The notes beneath the pieces were generated by a model. It made no database searches. It worked only from the letters and a program-made list of their open reading frames with translations, and was not told the origin of the DNA. A program made the translations under genes and the position numbers. A DNA stretch of 64,000 nt from Candidatus Tayloriibacteriota bacterium (GTDB taxonomy: Bacteria; Patescibacteriota; Minisyncoccia; Phycocordibacterales; UBA6065). The stretch is from contig JACRJQ010000005.1 of assembly GCA_016215405.1 (NCBI GenBank), positions 75,560 through 139,559 of the forward strand, read 5' to 3'. Shown one piece after another: positions 27,971 through 37,778 of the stretch; the first letter of the stretch is position 1, and the number at the start of each line of letters is the position of its first letter.

Positions 27971-28039
27971 TGCCGGACTTGGAATCGAACCAAGATTCTA
28001 GGCTCCAAAGGCCCATGTCCTACCATTAGACGATCCGGC
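27971..28039 (-). tRNA. tRNA-Gln (anticodon TTG); no encoded CCA
   Basis: Reverse complement GCCGGAT..TCTAATGGTAGGA..TGGGC-CTTTGGA-GCCTA..CTTGGTTCGATTCCAAGTCCGGCA. The 7-nt loop geometry puts TTG at positions 34-36. Pro (TGG) would need a shifted loop and is less likely. Confidence 0.75.
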
Positions 28040-28076
28040 AATATGTGGCCTTAAAAGTACACCAAAAGAGCTTTAA

Positions 28077-29006
28077 TTGAAAGTTTTGGATGCTATAGTA
28101 AATGGTATGAATAAGATAATCGCATACATAGTCGTCCTTCTCGTCCTTATCGGAGGTTTCTATGCCCTTAATAATTACATATATGAGAAAAAGCAGGCCG
28201 TAGCCGCGCCTTATCCGCGCGACGCGGAATACGTGATTGACGGCAAGCGCGTAAAGCTCTCCGACGGCACGTTCGAGGAGGAGGGTGTCGTCACGACCTA
28301 CTTTGGAAACGAGCTGGCAGAGGATCTCAACGGAGACGGCGCGATCGATACGGCGCTTCTCCTCACGCAAACCAAAGAGGGGAGTCCAGAGATCTTGTTC
28401 TATGCGGTCGCGGCTATCTATACCGAGAGAGGCTATGTCGGATCCGATGGTTTCCTCCTCGGCGACAGAATCGCGCCGCAGACGATCGTGGTCAGCCAGA
28501 ATCCGAGGCACAAGAATGTGATCGCGGTCAATTATGCCGAAAGGAAGCCTGGGGAGTCGTTCGACGTGCGCGCGAGCATGGGAAAGAGCGCGTATCTCAA
28601 GCTCGACCCTGATTCTATGCGATGGGCGATCGTCGAGCCGGATTTCGAAGGCGAGGCCGATCCATCTCGCATGACCCTCGGCATGAAGGACTGGGTGTGG
28701 ATGAAGGCTCTCTATAACGACGGTCGCGAGATCGCACCAAAGGTTCCCGGCAAGTTCGGCATATCGTTTGCAAAGGACGGCCGATACTCTCTAGCGACGG
28801 ATTGCAATTCGATGGGCGGGTCTTATGTCGCAGAGGGTAGAAAGATAGCTTTTAGCCAGGGCATGTCGACCCTTATGTACTGCGAAGGGTCTCAGGAATC
28901 CGAATTCTCTGCGCTCATCCGCGATGTGGAGGGGTACAGCTTCACGTCCAAAGGCGAGCTCGTCCTCGACCTAAAGTTCGACAGCGGGTCGGTGATATTC
29001 AGATAG
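28077..29006 (+). CDS. Membrane-anchored protein with C-terminal META/HslJ-like domain
   Basis: N-terminal TM helix, then C-terminal DCNSMGGSYVAEGRKIAFSQGMSTLMYCEG...GELVLDLKF resembling the META (DUF306/HslJ) domain. Confidence 0.55.
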   Translation: MKVLDAIVNGMNKIIAYIVVLLVLIGGFYALNNYIYEKKQAVAAPYPRDAEYVIDGKRVKLSDGTFEEEGVVTTYFGNELAEDLNGDGAIDTALLLTQTKEGSPEILFYAVAAIYTERGYVGSDGFLLGDRIAPQTIVVSQNPRHKNVIAVNYAERKPGESFDVRASMGKSAYLKLDPDSMRWAIVEPDFEGEADPSRMTLGMKDWVWMKALYNDGREIAPKVPGKFGISFAKDGRYSLATDCNSMGGSYVAEGRKIAFSQGMSTLMYCEGSQESEFSALIRDVEGYSFTSKGELVLDLKFDSGSVIFR

Positions 29007-29009
29007 GTT

Positions 29010-29558
29010 ATGGCTAAAGATATTCTTTTTAAAGCGCTCTTGGATTCGTTTGTAGACCACTGGCAGGCGTGGCTTGTCATCTTTTTATTTGTCATTATTC
29101 TTGTCCTCGCCACTTTTTTTCTTCCAAAGGGAAAGGTCTCTATTGGATATTCGTATCGCAGGCGAGACTGTATCATGACCCCATCTGAGCATGTTTTCTT
29201 CAAGGTTATGCTCGATTTGTTCGCCGACCGATACCATGTATTTCCACAAGTCCATCTTGATGCGATTCTTGACGGCAGGGTTTCTGGCCAGAATCCATTC
29301 GGAGCTTTTCGTCACATCAACGAAAAATCCGTCGATTTTCTCATATGTGACAAGTTGAGCGATAGGCCCATGCTCGCGATAGAGCTCGATGATCATTCTC
29401 ACGACAGAGCGGATAGGATCGAAAGAGATCGAGAAGTTGAAAGGATATTCGCCACCGCATCTCTTCCGATTCTTCGTATTAAGATAGAGCAATCGAAAGA
29501 TGTTGAGTCGGTAAGAAATTTAGTAAGGGAAAAAATAGACGGAGTAGCTAACAAATAG
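29010..29558 (+). CDS. DUF2726-like (PD-(D/E)XK nuclease-like) protein; low-GC gene
   Basis: VDFLICDKLSDRPMLAIELDDHSHD fits the DUF2726/NERD-like core. The gene is about 43% GC against a background near 60%. Confidence 0.55.
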   Translation: MAKDILFKALLDSFVDHWQAWLVIFLFVIILVLATFFLPKGKVSIGYSYRRRDCIMTPSEHVFFKVMLDLFADRYHVFPQVHLDAILDGRVSGQNPFGAFRHINEKSVDFLICDKLSDRPMLAIELDDHSHDRADRIERDREVERIFATASLPILRIKIEQSKDVESVRNLVREKIDGVANK

Positions 29559-29559
29559 A

Positions 29560-29997
29560 ATGGCGAACAAGAAGATAACCATAGAGGCGACGATACACGC
29601 TCCGATAGGGAGGGTGTGGGAGCTTTGGACGAAGCCGGAACATATCATGAAGTGGAACAATGCGTCGGAGGATTGGCATACGCCTGCTGCGACGAACGAC
29701 GTCCGCGAAGGCGGGAAGTTCGATTTCAGGATGGAGGCGAAGGACGGTACGGCAGGATTCGATTTCGAAGGCGTCTATGACGAGGTCGCGACGGAGGATT
29801 GGCTCGCGTATACCATAAGCGACGGCAGAAAGGTCGAAGTGTCGTTCGAGGACGAGGGCGACGGGGATACCCACATCACCGAGACGTTCGAGATCGAGAA
29901 CGAGAATTCCGAGGAGATGCAGAGGCAGGGATGGCAGGCGATCCTCGATAGTTTCAAGGGATATGCCGAGGGCGCTTTTAACGGAAGTAAGTCTTAA
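29560..29997 (+). CDS. SRPBCC (AHSA1/polyketide-cyclase-like) family protein
   Basis: ITIEATIHAPIGRVWELWTKPEHIMKW is the typical Activator-of-Hsp90-ATPase-homologue/SRPBCC N-terminus. Confidence 0.7.
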   Translation: MANKKITIEATIHAPIGRVWELWTKPEHIMKWNNASEDWHTPAATNDVREGGKFDFRMEAKDGTAGFDFEGVYDEVATEDWLAYTISDGRKVEVSFEDEGDGDTHITETFEIENENSEEMQRQGWQAILDSFKGYAEGAFNGSKS

Positions 29998-30008
29998 ATC
30001 ATAGTTTT

Positions 30009-30479
30009 ATGAACAGAACAATAGTAGCGATCGGAGGTTTGATAGTAGTCGTCGTCGTCATTTTTGTCGCTATGGGCAAAAACGATGCCTCGAACGAAGT
30101 CTCGACCACTGCTGGGTTTCGCGTCGGAGCCAATGCTATAAACGTCAACACTCAAGCCGCAGGCGGCAAGATAAACGTCTCCTTCGCCGTCCTTGAAAAA
30201 GGCGGATTTGTGGCGATCCATGAAGCGGTCGCGGGCGAGCCTGGGAGAATCGTCGCGGCGAGCGCTCTCTTGAAGGCGGGCGAATCGAGCGATATCTCGA
30301 TCCAACTCGCCGAGCGATCCGAGGTCGGAGAAAGGTATATCGCGATGCTTCATACCGATGACGGGAACGGCACGTTCGATGAGACTGCGGATACGCCTGT
30401 AATCGAGAACGGCGGTCCGATCATGATCGAGTTCGCGATAGGAGAGACGAGCGAAGATGGGGATCCGGTGACCATTTAA
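30009..30479 (+). CDS. Hypothetical secreted or membrane-anchored protein
   Basis: Signal anchor followed by a small beta-rich domain. No homology was recognised. Confidence 0.45.
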   Translation: MNRTIVAIGGLIVVVVVIFVAMGKNDASNEVSTTAGFRVGANAINVNTQAAGGKINVSFAVLEKGGFVAIHEAVAGEPGRIVAASALLKAGESSDISIQLAERSEVGERYIAMLHTDDGNGTFDETADTPVIENGGPIMIEFAIGETSEDGDPVTI

Positions 30480-30497
30480 CTAGAACTACCGCCAGAC

Positions 30498-31424
30498 ATG
30501 CAAAAGATCATTCCTCACCTTTGGTTCGATAAGAATGCCGAAGAAGCGGTCAGATTCTACGCATCGGTGTTCGGAGACGTCGAGGTCGGTGCGACGACCC
30601 GCTACACAGAGGCAGGGTTCGAAACCCACAATATGCCGGCAGGCACGGTGCTCACGATCGAATTCTCGATAGGAGGCTACGATTTCATCGCCCTTAACGG
30701 AGGTCCGGTTTTCAAGCTCAACCCTTCGATATCGTTCTTCCTCAACTTCGACCCGTCGAAAGACAAAGACGCTGCGAAGAAGCTCGATGCGCTCTGGCAG
30801 AAGCTTTCCGAGGGAGGCAAGGCCCTCATGCCTCTCGACAAGTACTTCTTCAGCGAGCGATACGGCTGGATACAGGATAGGTTCGGCGTCTCGTGGCAGC
30901 TTACGCTCACGAACCCTGCAGGCGACGAGAGGCCCTTCATCGTCCCGTCGCTCCTTTTCACCGGTGAAGCCTCTGGCAAGGCCGAAGAGGCGATGAAGCA
31001 TTACGTCTCCGTGTTCGAGGGTTCGAAGGTAGGACAGGTCGCCCTCTATCCAGAAGACACGGGCGTGCAGAAGAAGGGAGACCTCATGTTCGGAGATTTC
31101 ATGATCGAAGGTCAATGGTTCGCCGCGATGGACGGCGGCGACGTCCATGGTTTCGGATTCAACGAGGCGGTATCCCTGCTCGTCGCGTGCGAGGATCAAA
31201 ATGAGATCGATCGCTTTTGGGAGAAGCTCAACGGGGATCCTTCGGAGGGGCAGTGCGGATGGCTCCACGACAGATTCGGCGTCTCGTGGCAGATCGCGGC
31301 CCAGGGCATGGCGCAGATGCTCAACAGCGCGGACCGAGCAGCGGCCGACCGCGTGATGAATGCGATGCTTCAGATGAAGAAGATCGATATGGCGGCGCTA
31401 AAGAGCGCATACCAAGGGAGATAG
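30498..31424 (+). CDS. VOC-superfamily protein, tandem PhnB/3-demethylubiquinone-9-methyltransferase-like domains
   Basis: IPHLWFDKNAEEAVRFYASVFG is the PF06983-type N-terminus, and a second half repeats the fold (PSLLFTGEA...HYVSVFEG). Confidence 0.7.
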   Translation: MQKIIPHLWFDKNAEEAVRFYASVFGDVEVGATTRYTEAGFETHNMPAGTVLTIEFSIGGYDFIALNGGPVFKLNPSISFFLNFDPSKDKDAAKKLDALWQKLSEGGKALMPLDKYFFSERYGWIQDRFGVSWQLTLTNPAGDERPFIVPSLLFTGEASGKAEEAMKHYVSVFEGSKVGQVALYPEDTGVQKKGDLMFGDFMIEGQWFAAMDGGDVHGFGFNEAVSLLVACEDQNEIDRFWEKLNGDPSEGQCGWLHDRFGVSWQIAAQGMAQMLNSADRAAADRVMNAMLQMKKIDMAALKSAYQGR

Positions 31425-31482
31425 GGCAGGAGCGGCTTTATTTGCCTTTTCTTCCAAAAGGTGACATAGTTACCCCCTCATT

Positions 31483-32025
31483 ATGAACAACTTCAAAAAG
31501 CAGGGCGGTTTCGGAGGCGGCAGACGGGACTTCGGACGGCCATCGTTCGGAGGAGACAGGGGAGGATTTAAGGGCGGAGGCAAGAGCTTTGGACGCCCTC
31601 TCGAGATGTTCCAGGCGACCTGCGCGTCGTGCGGAAAGTCTTGCGAGGTCCCTTTCAAGCCTAACGGCAAGAAGCCTGTCTACTGCAAGGAATGCTTCGC
31701 CGCGAACGGAGGCCCAGCGGTAGCGCCTCGAGAGTCGAACGATCGTTTCTCTGACAGGAGGCCTTTCGCTTCGAACGTCCCAGCGGCTCCGGCATTCAAG
31801 GCCGAGCCGTCTAAGGAGATCGGAGAGATGAAAAGGCAGATCGAGACCCTCGGATACAAGCTCGACAAGGTTCTCGCTCTCCTCGGCGAGAAGGCGCAGG
31901 GAGATAAGCCTACAAAGGTAGAAAGGGTAGAGAAGACCGCGGTCCCGGTAGCATCGAACATGCCGCCGGAGCCTGCTGACAAGAAGCCTGTCGCGAGGAA
32001 GGCTCCAGCAAAGAAGAAGAAATAA
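31483..32025 (+). CDS. Gly/Arg-rich protein with CxxC...CxxC zinc ribbon and Lys-rich tail
   Basis: The N-terminus is RGG/FGG-rich; then CASCGKSCEV...YCKECF; then a C-terminal K/A-rich tail. Confidence 0.5.
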   Translation: MNNFKKQGGFGGGRRDFGRPSFGGDRGGFKGGGKSFGRPLEMFQATCASCGKSCEVPFKPNGKKPVYCKECFAANGGPAVAPRESNDRFSDRRPFASNVPAAPAFKAEPSKEIGEMKRQIETLGYKLDKVLALLGEKAQGDKPTKVERVEKTAVPVASNMPPEPADKKPVARKAPAKKKK

Positions 32026-32026
32026 G

Positions 32027-32062
32027 CGAATACGAAAGCCCCGCGAGAGCGGGGCTTTCGTA
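32027..32062. terminator. Rho-independent terminator
   Basis: acgaaagccccgc gaga gcggggctttcgt followed by attattc. Confidence 0.7.
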
Positions 32063-32297
32063 TTATTCGGCGAGGTAGCTCCGAGCCTTTCTCTCGTTCA
32101 TAAGGTATGATGGATGTATGGCAAAAAGAGCGAATACTAAAAAGAGGCAGACGCGATCGCGCAAGACCGCGAAGCGGCTCGCGATAAAGCACGCGAGGCC
32201 TCTCAAGAAGCGCCGATAGAAGACGCTTCGCCCTTCTGTGGGATTTAAGCCTCGTTTCGCTACGAACTAGGTTTTTTGCGTTGAGCTGCAGCCTTAG

Positions 32298-33062
32298 CTA
32301 GGGGACGTACTGCTCTTGGAGCGACACTATCGTCGATCCATTGAGGAGGTATCTGAAGGTGTATGCTTTCATGAATGAATCAGGGTCCGCGAATCCGTCC
32401 GCGAACGCCTCAGAGGTCGCCGGAACGAGTACGGGCGATCCCGGGTTCTCGAATATCGCTATGTCGGCGTCAGGAAGGAGGTTGTATGTCTCGGTGGATG
32501 TCGATATGTTCCGTATATAGAAATCGTTATTGAGGCTCGGCACGCATTCCGCCGCGTCTTTCTCGCCGCAATCGGTATCCTCTGCGGCCTTTCGGTACGC
32601 TTCGTCTCCCGACAGGAATTCGACAGGGTCGATGGTCACAAGGAAGTTTACCCCATTCTTTTCTACGGAGCGGATGAAGCCGAATCTCCTGTCGGCCTCG
32701 ATATCGAGTGCGAGATTCCTTACGAGGATATCCGATTCTCGACGTATGCCCTCTACGAAGACCCTCTTTCCGCCATAGGCGCCCATGATCGTCTGGTTTA
32801 TCGCGACGCACGGCTCTTCCTGCCCTCCGGCGCGGCATATGCTCGATCCATCGAAGGAGATCTTCGCGTCGAGCGCCGGCTCTCCTGGCGCTTCGTAGAC
32901 GAGGTAGAGGGCTCCGTTCACGATCGACGGGTCTCTGTCCGTGATATAGCCGATCTCGATAAAGTCGATGTCTGCGTCCTGCTTTTCGACGGGATCTAAA
33001 GCGATAGCGACGACGAAGGCGATGACGGCCAGTCCCGCGATAAAGACGATTATCTTTTTCAT
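32298..33062 (-). CDS. Hypothetical secreted protein
   Basis: Signal-anchor start MKKIIVFIAGLAVIAFVVAIAL; start set to the internal Met. No homology recognised. Confidence 0.5.
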   Translation of the reverse strand: MKKIIVFIAGLAVIAFVVAIALDPVEKQDADIDFIEIGYITDRDPSIVNGALYLVYEAPGEPALDAKISFDGSSICRAGGQEEPCVAINQTIMGAYGGKRVFVEGIRRESDILVRNLALDIEADRRFGFIRSVEKNGVNFLVTIDPVEFLSGDEAYRKAAEDTDCGEKDAAECVPSLNNDFYIRNISTSTETYNLLPDADIAIFENPGSPVLVPATSEAFADGFADPDSFMKAYTFRYLLNGSTIVSLQEQYVP

Positions 33063-33206
33063 ATAGATAAATATAGTCCTAGACGCGCCGTCTGCATAGG
33101 GCGCTCCTTTTATATGAAACAAAGGTTCGAACCCTTCGTACTAGGAGCGCGGGCAGATTTCGGAAAGATGCGTTCGATGCGGATCGACTGATACTAATTT
33201 AGACCA

Positions 33207-34016
33207 ATGCATATGCCAAAGAGAATATTGATCGCGCTCCTTATGTTCGTCCTCGGGCCCGGCGCCGCATCGGCGCTCACTCTTTATTCCTATGTCCCCG
33301 GAGTAGGGTACGAGAGCCAGGGCGAATACCAAGCGACGAAGATAGAGAAAGTCGCCGAGAGGGCCTTTAGATCCGTTGTCATAATAGAGGGGTACAGAGA
33401 GTCGCCGGTATACTCCATGGAGCTCGGCGAGGATCCGGAGACAGGGGCCTTTTCGGTGTCCGTGAAAGAGATAGGCGTAGAAGAGAGGAAGGTCACTTCT
33501 GGAAGCGGGTTCTTCGCGACCGGAGACGGGTATATCGTCACTAACAGGCACGTCGTGGACGGCTTTGGCGCCTCGTTTTGGGTGGATACCGGCGCCTCGC
33601 GCGTCCCGGCTTTTGTCGCGTTCCTCGATCCCGTATACGATCTCGCTCTCATAAAGATAGAGGGCGAGGGCTATCCCGCGATACCTTTCGGCGATTCGTC
33701 GAAGATAGAGATGGGCGATGAGATCGTGAGCGTCGGGAACGCTCTTGGGAGGTTCGTGGACTCGGTCTCTTCTGGTCGCGTGATATCGCTCGACCAGACG
33801 GTCGTCGCGCGGGAAAAGGGTACTGTCGAGGTGCTAAGCGGCCTCATCGCTACGGACGCCAGGCTCTATCCCGGAGATTCCGGCGGGCCGCTCCTTAATG
33901 CGCGGGGCGAGGCGATCGGGGTCAATGTCGCGATAGAGGCAGGTACGAACGTGAGCTTTTCCATACCCTCGAACGTCGCGAGGGTCGTCATGGAGAGGGC
34001 CGGCATCGAAGTCTAG
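33207..34016 (+). CDS. Trypsin-like serine protease (S1C, HtrA/DegP-like, no PDZ)
   Basis: Signal peptide and the catalytic triad contexts TNRHVV (His), DLALIKI (Asp) and GDSGGPLL (Ser). Confidence 0.85.
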   Translation: MHMPKRILIALLMFVLGPGAASALTLYSYVPGVGYESQGEYQATKIEKVAERAFRSVVIIEGYRESPVYSMELGEDPETGAFSVSVKEIGVEERKVTSGSGFFATGDGYIVTNRHVVDGFGASFWVDTGASRVPAFVAFLDPVYDLALIKIEGEGYPAIPFGDSSKIEMGDEIVSVGNALGRFVDSVSSGRVISLDQTVVAREKGTVEVLSGLIATDARLYPGDSGGPLLNARGEAIGVNVAIEAGTNVSFSIPSNVARVVMERAGIEV

Positions 34017-34060
34017 TCTTTCGGTTTGAGGGATTTCTCTTCGAATGCTACTCTCAATGT

Positions 34061-35563
34061 ATGACTAATATGGAAAAGCTCAGAAGTCGGCTCCAGGAGA
34101 TCGCGCGGATCGGCTCTCTCCTCAATATCGCGCTCTGGGACCAGGAGGTGAATATGCCGCCTAAGGCCGCTGATTCGAGGGCTCTGGCCCTTGCGGAAGC
34201 GTCGGGCCTCCTTCACCAGAAGTTCGTATCGATCGATTCGGACGGACTCCTTTCCGGCCTCAAGGCGGAGCTCGATGCGGGAGCTCTCTCGGGAGGCGAT
34301 GCCGTCGTCGTGAGAGAGACGTGGAGGTCTTTCGAGCGCGAGAAAAAGCTCCCGGAGAGGCTCGTCAAAGAGATAGCCCTCACCGCCTCTCAGGCGTACG
34401 AGGTATGGGCAGAGGCTCGCAAAAAAGACGACTTCGATATGTTCTTGCCCTGGCTTCGCAAGATGGTGAAGCTCAAGAGAGAGGAGGCCGAATATGTGGG
34501 CTATGCGGATTCGCCTTACGACGCTCTTCTCGACGCCTATGAGCCCGGCATGACGTCGAAGGAGGTCACGAAGGTGCTTTCAGACCTCAAGGGATTTCTC
34601 GTCCCTTTCATACGGAAGATAAAAGCGTCGAAGTCGAAAGTCGACGACAGGCGCCTTAAAGGGAAATTTCCGATCGAGGCGCAGGAGTCCTTTAACAGGC
34701 TCGTGGCGAAGGAGATAGGCTTCGATTTCGCCGCTGGAAGGCTCGACAAGGCGACCCATCCGTTCGCGACGGGCATCAACCCTTCCGATGTGAGGCTCAC
34801 GACGCGTTATCTGGTCGAAGACGTATTCTATTCCATAGGGTCGACGGTCCACGAGGCGGGACACGGCCTCTACGAGCAGGGCCTTCCTGGAGAGCACTTC
34901 GGGACGCCCTTAGCGGAATCCGTCTCGCTCGGAATCCATGAGTCACAGTCGCGCATGTGGGAGAACATGATAGGCAAGAGCGAGCCGTTCTGGAGGCACT
35001 TCTATCCGAAGCTCCGCAAAGCCTTTCCGAAGCCGTTTAGGGAGATCCCGCTTAAGGATTTCTGCAGGATGATAAGCAAGGCGAGGCCGTCTCTCATCCG
35101 CACCGAGTCCGACGAGGTCACGTATAATCTGCACATCATTCTAAGGTATGAGATAGAGAAGGGGATGATCGAAGGGACGATCGATCCAGCCGATACGCCG
35201 AGGATATGGAAGGAAAAGATGAAGGAGTATCTCGGCGTAGACGTGCCGAACGACAGGGAGGGCGTGCTGCAGGACGTGCATTGGGCGCATGGAGGCATCG
35301 GATACTTCCCGACATATAGCCTCGGGAACCTCTACGCGGCGCAGTTCTATCGGGCCATGAAGAAGGATGTTAAAGGTATCGAGAGGAAGATGTCTCAGGG
35401 CGATTTCATGCCTGTCCTTACATGGCTGCGAAAGAATATCCATTCTCTCGGGAAAACGTATCGCGCGGGCGAGCTCGTAGAGAGGGTGACGGGGAAGCCT
35501 CTCGACAGCAGATATTTTATCGAATATCTTGAAGAGAAATACGGGAGGATATACGGCCTATAA
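34061..35563 (+). CDS. Carboxypeptidase Taq (M32 metallocarboxypeptidase)
   Basis: HEXXH as HEAGHGLYE, plus the M32 signatures HESQSRMWEN, DEVTYNLHIILRYEIE and the GYFPTYSLGN context. Confidence 0.9.
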   Translation: MTNMEKLRSRLQEIARIGSLLNIALWDQEVNMPPKAADSRALALAEASGLLHQKFVSIDSDGLLSGLKAELDAGALSGGDAVVVRETWRSFEREKKLPERLVKEIALTASQAYEVWAEARKKDDFDMFLPWLRKMVKLKREEAEYVGYADSPYDALLDAYEPGMTSKEVTKVLSDLKGFLVPFIRKIKASKSKVDDRRLKGKFPIEAQESFNRLVAKEIGFDFAAGRLDKATHPFATGINPSDVRLTTRYLVEDVFYSIGSTVHEAGHGLYEQGLPGEHFGTPLAESVSLGIHESQSRMWENMIGKSEPFWRHFYPKLRKAFPKPFREIPLKDFCRMISKARPSLIRTESDEVTYNLHIILRYEIEKGMIEGTIDPADTPRIWKEKMKEYLGVDVPNDREGVLQDVHWAHGGIGYFPTYSLGNLYAAQFYRAMKKDVKGIERKMSQGDFMPVLTWLRKNIHSLGKTYRAGELVERVTGKPLDSRYFIEYLEEKYGRIYGL

Positions 35564-35604
35564 GCGTCGTCATAGCCTGATTAAAAAATAGTTCATATAT
35601 TCAA

Positions 35605-35979
35605 ATGAAAAGATCGATTTCATACATAGTTATCGCCATCATCCTAGTTTTGGGCGCGTTCGCGCTCATCCGCAAGGAGCCCGAAGGGGAGAGCGCTAGC
35701 GGAACAGGGATCTCGGGCGTCGTCGCAGCGATAGACCTCGAGCAGGCCATGGTGGACGGTCCTTATGTCGTCACCGTTCAAGACGACAACGGCTCGGAGC
35801 GCGACGTGAAGGTCCCTTCGATGGGGATAATGCTCTGCGCCGCGCGGGAGAGCATCATGAGCCCGTCAGAGCTTAAGGTAGGCGACAGGGTCGAAGCGAG
35901 AGGCGCGCTTACCGCAGAGGGTGACCTCGTCCCGTGCGAGTCCCCGGACCATTATCTGCGCCTCGCGTCTGAGAGATAG
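35605..35979 (+). CDS. Hypothetical secreted protein
   Basis: Signal anchor. No homology recognised. Confidence 0.4.
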   Translation: MKRSISYIVIAIILVLGAFALIRKEPEGESASGTGISGVVAAIDLEQAMVDGPYVVTVQDDNGSERDVKVPSMGIMLCAARESIMSPSELKVGDRVEARGALTAEGDLVPCESPDHYLRLASER

Positions 35980-36010
35980 GGTTTACTACGTATAACTTTC
36001 TATCAGAGAT

Positions 36011-36808
36011 ATGAATACAAGGCTCGCCATAATGGTCATTGCGGCCATTGCCGTAATCGCAGGCGCTGTCTGGCTCGGCTCTGGAAAAGAAGCGCCGACG
36101 CTCACGAACGGAGAGGCTCTAGCGCCTGTTTCAGGCGTCGAGGTAGAGGCTGGGGACGTATCCTATTTTCCCGGGGCGACGGGATATTTCGCCAGACCTA
36201 AGGGCGAAGGCGATTATCCTGGAGTGGTCATGATCCACGAGAATCGGGGGATAAACGACGGCGTCCGCGCCTATGCCCGCGAGCTCGCCAAAGAGGGATA
36301 CAGGGTCCTCGCTGTGGACCTTTTCGGACGATCGGTCGAGACTCAGGAAGAGGCCCGCGCCCTTACAGCCGCATTCGACCAGAATAAGGGCGTAGAGAAC
36401 ATGCGGGCCGCTGCGGCGTATCTCCGATCGCAAGGGGCTCAAAAGATCGCCTCGCTCGGCTGGTGCTTCGGCGGCAGGCAGTCGGTAGAGCTTGCCGTAT
36501 CGGGAGAGCCTCTCGACGCCACGGTCGTCTATTACGGAGGAGGCATGGCCACGACGACGCAAAGGCTCGCTCCTATCAAGTGGCCGGTCCTCGGCATCTT
36601 CGGAGATAAGGACCAGGTCATCCCGATCGAGACGGTCCGCGCCTTCGAGGCGTCGCTCGACTCCCTCGGCATAGAGAACGATATCTATATCTATCCCGGA
36701 GTCGGACACGCCTTCGCGAATCCTTCTGGGATGAATTACGCGCCGCAAGAGACGGCAGACGCTTGGCAAAAGACGATAGTCTTCCTCAAGGAGAATCTCC
36801 GGCCCTGA
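36011..36808 (+). CDS. Dienelactone hydrolase family protein
   Basis: Nucleophile elbow GWCFGG, the DLH-type His context GVGHAF, and a signal anchor. Confidence 0.8.
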   Translation: MNTRLAIMVIAAIAVIAGAVWLGSGKEAPTLTNGEALAPVSGVEVEAGDVSYFPGATGYFARPKGEGDYPGVVMIHENRGINDGVRAYARELAKEGYRVLAVDLFGRSVETQEEARALTAAFDQNKGVENMRAAAAYLRSQGAQKIASLGWCFGGRQSVELAVSGEPLDATVVYYGGGMATTTQRLAPIKWPVLGIFGDKDQVIPIETVRAFEASLDSLGIENDIYIYPGVGHAFANPSGMNYAPQETADAWQKTIVFLKENLRP

Positions 36809-37020
36809 ACCTTTCTCCCGCGAGCCTCGTAGTATGTCTGCGGATCCTCATTCGCTATCACATAAAAATATGAGACGCATGACACAAAAGACATACAAGC
36901 GCGCGGTAAAGAGCCCCTACTACGGGGCTTTTTCCGTATCGCATCCGCTGGCAACTTTCCCGGCGGCCGTTTCGTCCTAGATATGAAGGTCATAGAGATA
37001 GCTATAAAGAATCCGTAACC

Positions 37021-37731
37021 ATGTTTCTTGCGAAAGAAAGCTCGCGTCCTTATCTTTTAGCAGCCGCGGCTGCCGCCGTCTTGGCCGCGCTCGGTTTTTT
37101 TGCCTATTTCGTCTACGCGGAGAGAGCGGCTCTAGTTCAGGCTCCCGTCTCGACCGATAGGGCAGCGACTTCGACTATGGTTATCCCTTTTGCCGCGATC
37201 CCGACGACAAGGGCAGCAGATCGAGCGAATGAAGAGGTCGTTTCGCCGAAATCCATCGCCGCTTCCGCGCCCGACCTTTCACCTCAAGCCGGCACGCAAG
37301 GGGCAGGGGCTCATGATCCCCTCGGCCGCTTTTGTACGGCGAACGACCTCACAGGGAGGGCGTCGTGGGAGAAAGAAGGGCCTTATCTCTCCGGGTCGGT
37401 CAGGATAAGGAATTCCTCTGGCAGCGATTGCGTCGTGTCGGAGTCGTCGTCTATCGCCATAACGTCCGGCTCACGGGTCGTCGCTTATCTCCAGGCCTCG
37501 CGTCCCGAGACAGGGTTCGTCTTGCCGCAGGGCGAGGAGAGAAGGGTCGGTATTGACTGGTCTAATTGGTGCGGGGGGGCCCTGAGCGAGCCCGCGTTCG
37601 TATTCTTTGCGCTTCCTGGGGAGGCCGGATACCTGAGGGTCCCTCTCATAAGCTCCCTCGGCTCTCCTCAATACGACGCTCCTCCGTGCGGCTCACCGGC
37701 TTCGCCGTCGATCCTTGATCTGCGGTGGTAG
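37021..37731 (+). CDS. Hypothetical secreted protein
   Basis: Signal anchor. No homology recognised. Confidence 0.4.
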   Translation: MFLAKESSRPYLLAAAAAAVLAALGFFAYFVYAERAALVQAPVSTDRAATSTMVIPFAAIPTTRAADRANEEVVSPKSIAASAPDLSPQAGTQGAGAHDPLGRFCTANDLTGRASWEKEGPYLSGSVRIRNSSGSDCVVSESSSIAITSGSRVVAYLQASRPETGFVLPQGEERRVGIDWSNWCGGALSEPAFVFFALPGEAGYLRVPLISSLGSPQYDAPPCGSPASPSILDLRW

Positions 37732-37778
37732 GGCATCTCCCAGCAGCTAAACGGCCTGTAAAGATTCAGCTTTCCGCA

